A DNA stretch of 64,000 bases from Cyanobacteriota bacterium (GTDB lineage: Bacteria; Cyanobacteriota; Cyanobacteriia; Thermostichales; Thermostichaceae). A program made the translations under genes and the position numbers. Every line of letters starts with the position of its first letter. Position 1 is the first letter of the stretch. The notes beneath the pieces are model-generated. The model searched no databases. It was not told the DNA's origin and worked only from the letters and a program-made list of their open reading frames with translations. Shown here in pieces: positions 57,045 through 64,000 of this stretch. The stretch is taken from NCBI GenBank assembly GCA_033764955.1, contig JANRIL010000011.1, positions 82,638-146,637 on the forward strand, given 5' to 3'.

Positions 57045-59156
57045 TTGATATTCTCACAACACCTTTCTGGTTGGGTTTTGAAGCACGACGACCTGTTCTT
57101 ACTCACCGACAAATTAGGGATGATCCCAGCGGGATCCTCTCATCAGCTTGGGCTTTATAGCCAAGACACCCGTTTCTTAAGTGAGATGGAGTGGCATCTG
57201 GAGGATGGAAACCCTTGGTTGTGGCAAACCCAACAAAGCCAACCCGATCACCTCACCCTCATAGGAACCTCCAGCAACGGGATCCCTACCCCCCAAATCA
57301 CCCGACATCTCCTGCTGCGGGGAGGATTATTTGACCAGATGCAGATCCATAATCCCTATGCCATCCCCCTCCCCCTGACGGTTCATTTTGCTGTTGCCAG
57401 CGACTTTGTAGATCTATTTGAAGTGCGCGGCTGGCGGCGTTCACAGCGGGGGGAACAACAGCCTCTGCAACAGGATGGCTCAATATGGCAGCTGAGCTAT
57501 CACGGCTTGGATCAGATGCTCCTCAAGGTCACGATAGAGTTTTCTCACCTCCCCACCCCAACCACCCCCCTCACCTGGATCTTTACCCTGCCACCCGAAA
57601 GCCTTCTCTCTTTTGGCTATCGCTTGCGATTAGAGCAAAACGAACGCTCGGTTCCTCGCCTCCCGCCACCTGCCACCTACTGGCAAGCCCTCCAGTCCAA
57701 CCAGGATGACTTCCGCCGATGGCAACAGGAGATCACCCAGATTCAGTCAGACCATCCCCCTTTCCAACCCATTTTGCAACAAGCTCTCCAGGATATCTAC
57801 GCCCTACGGCAAACCTTCCGGCGCAAAAACGGATCCCGGGCAACTGTCCTGGCCGCCGGCATCCCTTGGTACTGCACGCTGTTTGGTCGTGATGCTTTGA
57901 TTGCTGCCCGACAAACCCTCATCCTGGATGCAAGGCTGGCTCGAGACACCCTTACCCTCCTAGCCGACTATCAGGGGCAGCAGCAGGATGACTGGCGAGA
58001 AGAAGCCCCCGGCAAAATTCTGCACGAGTTGCGGATGGGAGAAATGGCCCGCTGCCGGGAAATTCCCCATACCCCCTACTACGGTAGCGTCGATGCAACC
58101 CCCCTCTGGCTGATGCTGTTGGGCGATTATGTTAACTGGACGGAAGATCTCATTACTCTACAAGCTCTTTGGCCTCACGCCCTGGCCGCTATGGGGTGGA
58201 TTGATCAACAGAGTCAAGCCAGCGGCTATCTCACCTATCAAGCGGGGAGCAGTCTCCACAATCAGGGTTGGAAAGATTCCAGCAACTGCCTGGTGGATCG
58301 AGAAGGAAGGCTAGCCTCACCACCCATTGCCCTCGCCGAAGTGCAAGGCTATGTTTATGCTGCCAAACTGGGTATGAGCCAACTGGCAATGCGCCTGTCG
58401 CTTCCCAGCCACGCTCTACTCTGGCAAGAGCAGGCGGAGGCTCTGAAAACCCGTTTTAGCCGCGACTTTTGGATGCCCAAACAGGGATATTGTGCCCTTG
58501 CCTTGGATGGAGCAGGCAACCAGGTAGACAGCATCACGTCTAACCCTGGACACTGTCTACAAACTGGCATTTTTACCCCTAGCCAAGCTGATCAAGTGGC
58601 ACAACGGCTCATGAGTGATGACCTGTTCAGTGGCTGGGGCATCCGCACCCTCAGTTGCCTGTCCCCCGCCTACGATCCGCGCAGCTACCACAATGGCTCC
58701 GTTTGGCCTCACGACAATAGCCTGATTGCGCTAGGACTGCGGGCAGTGGGGCAAGTGGAATTAGCCGGTCGGCTGGCGAATGCCCTGGTTGAGATGACCC
58801 AGGAGCAACCCCTAGGTCGCCCACCCGAACTCTTTTGTGGCTATGGTCGGGGAGAGTGTCCGCAACCCGTTCCCTACCCAGTGGCCTGTTCTCCACAAGC
58901 CTGGGCAACGGGCAGCTTGTTTCACCTCATGGAGATGGCGTTGGATCTCCAGCCTAGGATCCTGACTACAGCCCTAAAAAACCTTCCAACCCAGACCCGT
59001 TCTGATCAGGCTCTGGGCTGGGGAGAACCTCTTGATTTGCCCGCTATGGGTCACCTGACGCTCAGCCAACTTCGCTTGGGTTCGGGGGTGTGGCAGGTGG
59101 ATGGCGGATCCCAGACGGCTTCGGTTGATACTGGTGTTGATATGGGTGGCTTGTGA
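57045..59156 (+). CDS. Amylo-alpha-1,6-glucosidase / glycogen debranching family protein
   Basis: AGIPWY.TLFGRD, PGKILHE, NQGWKDS, YHNGSVWPHD. Confidence 0.9.
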   Translation: MIFSQHLSGWVLKHDDLFLLTDKLGMIPAGSSHQLGLYSQDTRFLSEMEWHLEDGNPWLWQTQQSQPDHLTLIGTSSNGIPTPQITRHLLLRGGLFDQMQIHNPYAIPLPLTVHFAVASDFVDLFEVRGWRRSQRGEQQPLQQDGSIWQLSYHGLDQMLLKVTIEFSHLPTPTTPLTWIFTLPPESLLSFGYRLRLEQNERSVPRLPPPATYWQALQSNQDDFRRWQQEITQIQSDHPPFQPILQQALQDIYALRQTFRRKNGSRATVLAAGIPWYCTLFGRDALIAARQTLILDARLARDTLTLLADYQGQQQDDWREEAPGKILHELRMGEMARCREIPHTPYYGSVDATPLWLMLLGDYVNWTEDLITLQALWPHALAAMGWIDQQSQASGYLTYQAGSSLHNQGWKDSSNCLVDREGRLASPPIALAEVQGYVYAAKLGMSQLAMRLSLPSHALLWQEQAEALKTRFSRDFWMPKQGYCALALDGAGNQVDSITSNPGHCLQTGIFTPSQADQVAQRLMSDDLFSGWGIRTLSCLSPAYDPRSYHNGSVWPHDNSLIALGLRAVGQVELAGRLANALVEMTQEQPLGRPPELFCGYGRGECPQPVPYPVACSPQAWATGSLFHLMEMALDLQPRILTTALKNLPTQTRSDQALGWGEPLDLPAMGHLTLSQLRLGSGVWQVDGGSQTASVDTGVDMGGL

Positions 59157-59160
59157 GAGC

Positions 59161-59343
59161 CTAGAGTTGCACCTCTGGCACGGGGGTGGGTTGCGACCAT
59201 TGCGCCTCAACGCGGCTGATCACGCTCACCAAACTGAGCGCTACCACCATCACCAAAACCGATTGCACAAAGACTCGACTGACATCAAAGTTGAGATCAA
59301 GGTTGAGATCCTGACCGGAACTGGAAGAGGTGGGGGTATGCAT
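59161..59343 (-). CDS. Small membrane hypothetical protein
   Basis: 60 aa with one TM segment. Confidence 0.4.
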   Translation of the reverse strand: MHTPTSSSSGQDLNLDLNFDVSRVFVQSVLVMVVALSLVSVISRVEAQWSQPTPVPEVQL

Positions 59344-59484
59344 AGTTGGTCACCGTTGAACCTTGACATCTATGATCGTGACAGAATTACCCGAGAATGG
59401 TATGAGCAAGATCACAGAAGTATATTCGGTTACATCACCTTAGTTTTTCCGTAAACCTCCGCATTCTCTTCAGGAGATCACCCC

Positions 59485-61677
59485 TTGCATCCCTTCAGCC
59501 TAACTCTACGACCGGCTCAGCAGGAGGCATTGCGCTATCAGGGAGGGGCGTTGGGTATCTCAGCCGTACCCGGCAGTGGCAAAACCTTCACCCTAGAGCT
59601 ACTGATCAGTGACTTGATTTTGCGACGGGGGATCCCGATGGATCGGGTGGGGGTTTTTACTTATATGCGATCCGCCAGAGCCAACCTGATTAACCGCGTC
59701 AACCAACGGCTCAAGGAGCATGGGTTAACCGGACGCTTTACCCAAGCCTTTACGTTGCATTCTCTCTGTCTACGGATTTTGAAAACCTACGCTGTCCGTT
59801 TGGATAGTGAAGGGATCGCCGTCTTAGAGCAGTATGAACAGGATCGCTTGACCAGCCGCTTCGCACGACTCTGGCTCAAACACCACATCAGCCAGTGGCA
59901 GTCGCTGTTGCCCAGGGATGAATCGGCTTATCACCAACGCCAGCAGCAGACTCGCTTTTCCAATAGTTTTCAGCAGATGTGTCGAGCAGTCATTCAAACT
60001 GCCAAAAACTATCAGCTAACCCCCACCCAACTCACCCCTGCCACCGATAGCTATCTTGATTGGGCGAAGCAGGTTTATCAGGCTTATCAGGCGGAATTGA
60101 AAACTCTGGGCAAAGTGGATTATGACGATTTGGGCTGGTCTGCCCTCAATTTGTTGCGCCGGGATCCCGATGTGCGGGCGGAGGTGCAGAGCTGGTATGA
60201 CTATCTGTTTGAGGATGAATCGCAGGATAGCTCCCCCTTGCAGGAGGATTTGCTGCACATGATGAGTGGGCGAACCCAGAACCTAGTGCGGGTAGGGGAT
60301 CCCAACCAAAGCATTATGGGCACCTTTACCACCGCCGAACCCCGCTTCTTCCGAGAATTTTGTCGGCGCAGTCAGCCGATTATGCTGAATGAGTCCAGCC
60401 GCAGTGCGCTACGAATTTTGTCGCTGGCCAATGGCTTGGTGGATTGGGTAAACCAAGACCATCCGCTTAGTGCCTTAAGGCAAGCTTTGGCACCCCAACA
60501 CATTCAACCCGCCTCCTCTGGGCCTGCCAATCCGCCCGATGCCGAGGCCGCGATTGATTTCTTGCGGGTGAGCGGATCGCCGGAGGAAGAGTGGATGAGG
60601 GTGGCTGACTTAGCTGCCCAAGCCGTGCAAAATCGCCCCCAGTCAACAGTGGTGGTTTTGGTGCCAACCAATGAGGCTGGAGCCAAGTTGCTGTTACAAC
60701 TGCAAGGATTGGGGTGCTCTTTGGTGATTGATTTGCTGCGGAACAACCCCAGCCAACGCCGCGTCATCCAAAAGCTCAAGCTAGCGGCAGATTATCTGGC
60801 GCAACCCTCCTCAGTGGTTCGCTTAGCCGCTGTGGTGGAAGGGCTGGCTGACTGGGCCAAACTAGCGGGGGGAGAAACCCGTGAATCCCTGAAAAGTTGG
60901 ATTCAGACTTGTCGCCCTGAGGATTTGCTTTTTCCAGGACAAGGAACGTTGGCCGCTCCTCGCCTGCCGGATCCACTCCGTTCCCAGCAGGATCCCTTGA
61001 ACCACCTCCTGAGAACCTTGGCAACCTGGCTGGCCGCCGCCCGCTCCCCCTGGCCAGAAACCCTTAACCTGATGGTGCAAACCCTTTATCACACCTCCGA
61101 TGAGTTATTTATTGGGCATTATTTGGCTGACCAACTGGAGCAAGTTCTCGATAAACAGCCCACAACAGACTGGCAGGATATTGCCGATGAAATTCAAGCG
61201 GTTTTGGATGGACGGATGAACAATTTGCCTTCGGACATTCATGCGTTTTCTGCTGCGGCGGGATCCATTACCGTCACGACTCTGCACCGCTCGAAAGGCT
61301 TGGAGTGGGATGAGGTGTTTATTGTTGGGTTGTCGGCCTATGACTATCCCGTTTTGCCTCAGGAGCGGATCATGGGTCTGCGCTTTTTGGAGGGAGCTGA
61401 TATGCAGGCGGAGGCAATTGCGGAGCTGAAACAGCAGGTGGGCAGCTATATCAGTGAGGGATCCCCAACTGAGCAAGCCTTCTTGGATCTGGCTGCCGAA
61501 AAATTACGCCTACTCTATGTGGCGATAACCCGTGCCAAACGCCGCCTCACCTTCTCGGTGTCTAGCAAAAATCCCTTTGGCTCTGATCAAAAACCCTCCG
61601 CCCTGTTTGAGGTTTTGCAAGCTTTGGATGGCAAGTTTTTGCAGAAGCGTCCCCAGCCGGATCTCAGCCGGAAGTGA
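59485..61677 (+). CDS. UvrD/REP-family helicase (host)
   Basis: AVPGSGKT, EDESQD, GDPNQSI, TLHRSKGLE, YVAITRAK. Confidence 0.9.
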   Translation: MHPFSLTLRPAQQEALRYQGGALGISAVPGSGKTFTLELLISDLILRRGIPMDRVGVFTYMRSARANLINRVNQRLKEHGLTGRFTQAFTLHSLCLRILKTYAVRLDSEGIAVLEQYEQDRLTSRFARLWLKHHISQWQSLLPRDESAYHQRQQQTRFSNSFQQMCRAVIQTAKNYQLTPTQLTPATDSYLDWAKQVYQAYQAELKTLGKVDYDDLGWSALNLLRRDPDVRAEVQSWYDYLFEDESQDSSPLQEDLLHMMSGRTQNLVRVGDPNQSIMGTFTTAEPRFFREFCRRSQPIMLNESSRSALRILSLANGLVDWVNQDHPLSALRQALAPQHIQPASSGPANPPDAEAAIDFLRVSGSPEEEWMRVADLAAQAVQNRPQSTVVVLVPTNEAGAKLLLQLQGLGCSLVIDLLRNNPSQRRVIQKLKLAADYLAQPSSVVRLAAVVEGLADWAKLAGGETRESLKSWIQTCRPEDLLFPGQGTLAAPRLPDPLRSQQDPLNHLLRTLATWLAAARSPWPETLNLMVQTLYHTSDELFIGHYLADQLEQVLDKQPTTDWQDIADEIQAVLDGRMNNLPSDIHAFSAAAGSITVTTLHRSKGLEWDEVFIVGLSAYDYPVLPQERIMGLRFLEGADMQAEAIAELKQQVGSYISEGSPTEQAFLDLAAEKLRLLYVAITRAKRRLTFSVSSKNPFGSDQKPSALFEVLQALDGKFLQKRPQPDLSRK

Positions 61678-61686
61678 GGTGACGGG

Positions 61687-63720
61687 ATGCGCGCCGATCT
61701 CTTCGCCCTAACCCCTGATGCCCTAGAAGTGCTGAGCAATCGCGGCTTGGTCAAACGTGCCCAAAAGGAATGGGAATCGGGATCCTTTTCCTGGCAGATT
61801 CACGAGGACGAAGCGGGATCCATCACTGTGCAGTGGTCGGATGGGGTGGAGTGTCTCTTGCCCGCCCAGAAAACCCTCAGCCAATCCACCTGTAGCTGTG
61901 CTTCTACTACCCTCTGCCGCCATCTCTTGCGCTCGGTGTTGGCCTATCAACACCACCATGTTGCCCCCCCGCCACCCGAATCCAGTCAGGGGGAGTCTGC
62001 CCCGCCACCCGCCCCAGCGCCCACCCCCTGGGATCCCGGAACCATCAGCGATACGCACCTCAGCCAAGTGCTCAGCAAGTCCACGCTTCTGCGTAGTCAA
62101 CAGCTTAGCCAGTCCCCCCATTTGCTGGAATTAGTCCGCAGCCGCAAACCAACCTGTACCATTCACACCCTGGCCTGTCGGGTGCGCTTTTTGGTGCCAG
62201 GGGATCCCCGCTATACCTACTGCGACTGTGCGGAGCCGGATCCCTGTAGCCATGTGCCCTTGGCGATCCAAGCCTTCCGATTGTTGGATCCCGCTCAAAA
62301 AAGTGGCCTGATTCACTGGGGAGACTGGACGCTGCGGATCCCGGAAGGGGTTTTGGCCGCTACCGAGCAAGAACTCCAATCCCTCTGGCAGATCGGGCTA
62401 GCTGCCATCACCGACCTGCACCTAGAACGCCTTAAAAGGCAAGAAATAGCCTGCCGCTCCGCAGACTTAATTTGGCCTGCCGACATTTTGAGTGACATCC
62501 GGCACGAGATCGAACGCTATCGCCAACATGATGCGCGGTTTTCCCCAATAGCCCTGGTGGAGCAGATAGGGGAATGGTGCATTCGCCGCGATGCCATCTG
62601 TTATGCCAACCAGCCTGTCCCACAACTGTTTATCCGTGGGTTACCCAGTGATCGTCCCACTGATGTGGGATCCGCCCGTTTGATTGGACTGGGCTGTGGG
62701 GTCGTGCAGCACCGTCAGGGGGTAGAACTCTCCGCCTATCTGCAAGACATGGACTCAGGAGTGGTGGTGGCGGTTTGTCGAGAGTTTGCCGATCCGCCCC
62801 CCCCAGACAAACCCCGCCACTTTGGGCAACTGGCGCAAACTCCCGCCTTCAAAGGGATTTCCTTAGCCACCCTCGCCTCCGGTCAGGTGATGGTCAAGGG
62901 GGGGAAACGCACCAGTAATGGTCAGTTTTTGCCGGGACGCTCGGCAGCCCATGCCCACCCACAATCCTTTCAATGGGAGCATCTGCAATCGAGTATTTTG
63001 GCGGAGGACTTTGCCGAAGTGGTGGCTCGCCTAGCAACTCAACCACCCAGATGCCTAGGCCCGCGCCGCCTCACCTATCAGTTGGGGGTTTGTCAGGTCA
63101 AAGGGATCAGCGAGGTCGCTTTTTGGGAGGCGGAACAAGCGGTATATGCTAACCTCCTCGATACCCAAAACCAAACAGCCCTGTTGCGGCATCCCTATAC
63201 CTCCCGCAGTGCCGCCGGAACGGAAGCCCTCTTGACGGCTCTCCGCACAAGGGGCGAGCAACTTTGTTTTGTCGCTGGACAATTTAGCTACCGCTCGGAT
63301 GGTCTACAACTGTCTCCAATCGCTTTGATTTTTGAGGAGGGAGGGCAGCGGACGATGCTGCAACCTTGGATTGAACAGGGAGAAGTCAAAGCATTTTCCT
63401 CTGCGATTGCGGATATGGCCTGGCGGGATCCCCGCCGTGATTTTCCGGGAGCCGTGATCGAAGCCCTAGGCGAACTGCTAGTGCTGGGTTTAACTCGCCT
63501 GGGATCCCGTGAGGTTGAGGTATGGCGGCAGCTTTGCCAGCAGGGATCCGCGTTGGGTTTTGTGCGGTATCTAGCCCCCATGACTTACCTGGCGGACTTG
63601 CTGGAGCAAAAAAGCAAAACCCTCACCTGGGATCCCCAGCCTGCCTTGCCAGTGATTTTGCAAATCGTTGTCCTCAGCCGTCTTGCTCAGGAATCTTTGA
63701 TCGGAAACCAATCTAGGTAG
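61687..63720 (+). CDS. SWIM zinc-finger protein
   Basis: CSC...CRH and CDC...CSH. Confidence 0.8.
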   Translation: MRADLFALTPDALEVLSNRGLVKRAQKEWESGSFSWQIHEDEAGSITVQWSDGVECLLPAQKTLSQSTCSCASTTLCRHLLRSVLAYQHHHVAPPPPESSQGESAPPPAPAPTPWDPGTISDTHLSQVLSKSTLLRSQQLSQSPHLLELVRSRKPTCTIHTLACRVRFLVPGDPRYTYCDCAEPDPCSHVPLAIQAFRLLDPAQKSGLIHWGDWTLRIPEGVLAATEQELQSLWQIGLAAITDLHLERLKRQEIACRSADLIWPADILSDIRHEIERYRQHDARFSPIALVEQIGEWCIRRDAICYANQPVPQLFIRGLPSDRPTDVGSARLIGLGCGVVQHRQGVELSAYLQDMDSGVVVAVCREFADPPPPDKPRHFGQLAQTPAFKGISLATLASGQVMVKGGKRTSNGQFLPGRSAAHAHPQSFQWEHLQSSILAEDFAEVVARLATQPPRCLGPRRLTYQLGVCQVKGISEVAFWEAEQAVYANLLDTQNQTALLRHPYTSRSAAGTEALLTALRTRGEQLCFVAGQFSYRSDGLQLSPIALIFEEGGQRTMLQPWIEQGEVKAFSSAIADMAWRDPRRDFPGAVIEALGELLVLGLTRLGSREVEVWRQLCQQGSALGFVRYLAPMTYLADLLEQKSKTLTWDPQPALPVILQIVVLSRLAQESLIGNQSR

Positions 63721-63796
63721 GGCTGCCCTCAAACCACTGCAGAAGATCTTGTGGGGAATGAAAGTCGAGCAGACTCTCACTTAGCCTACTCGGCGG

Positions 63797-63999
63797 GAAG
63801 CCCCGCACCGTAACCGATAGGGTCGGTGTCGGGATGATAGCCAGGGTCGGCGTACTCCGCACAATTTGGACTAGCCGACCAACTGTTGCTATGGTGTTTC
63901 CAAGTGGGGTTGGGCGTCGCCTCACTATAAAACGCGAAGTCCTGAAAAGGATGGAGAAGCCCACACTGTATGTTTGCATCGGTGATGGGAGTACGTCAC
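63797..63999 (+). mobile_element. IS200/IS605/IS607-type right-end (omegaRNA-like) remnant
   Basis: Two related hairpins GAAGCCC..CAC.GTA...TCGGTG..GGGA; the second ends in GTCAC. Confidence 0.5.
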
Positions 64000-64000
64000 G

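Noticed and set aside
59485..63720. UvrD plus SWIM pair as part of the island
   Set aside because: It lies outside the att boundary, has host-like composition, and the helicase is distant from the element helicases.

Overview
Cyanobacterial chromosome segment; the very frequent GGATCC/GGGATCCC palindrome suggests a Thermostichus/hot-spring Synechococcus-like host (inference). About 57 kb consists of two related integrative elements stacked at the 3' end of a tRNA-Phe(GAA) gene (56871-56943, minus). Element 2 is complete (about 42 kb, bounded by a 50-bp direct repeat at 14609-14658 and 56868-56917). Element 1 runs off the left edge and is a mirror image of element 2, so the two tyrosine integrases sit back to back. 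Shared backbone: integrase, excisionase, SF1 helicase, Zn-finger/TOPRIM/AAA primase-helicase, Ner-like HTH with an S24 repressor, a small lysis module and an array of small genes. No terminase, portal, tail, relaxase or T4SS gene was recognised. Element 1 carries candidate defence cargo (FRG, DUF488 pair). Element 2 carries about 27 kb of metal-homeostasis and envelope cargo (CopM/CopRS-like, ZiaR/ZiaA-like, cobalamin riboswitch-cbtB, ZIP, multicopper oxidase, VKOR/DsbA, two lnt, lspA, PBP2, three M23 peptidases), TA modules and two IS1 copies. The main unexplained signal is a 13-copy motif (AGTCCTACGG-N3-GGGTG) that abuts upstream stop codons and lies 35-39 nt before the start codons of the small-gene arrays. 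Other signals: an unannotated secreted CPPADC-repeat micropeptide behind a MerR-type promoter, 64-bp-period origin-like repeats inside the primase genes, and 21-24-bp mobile repeats with empty-site evidence. Right of the tRNA are host genes and an IS200/IS605-type end remnant. All protein family calls come from motif recognition by eye, not from database searches.
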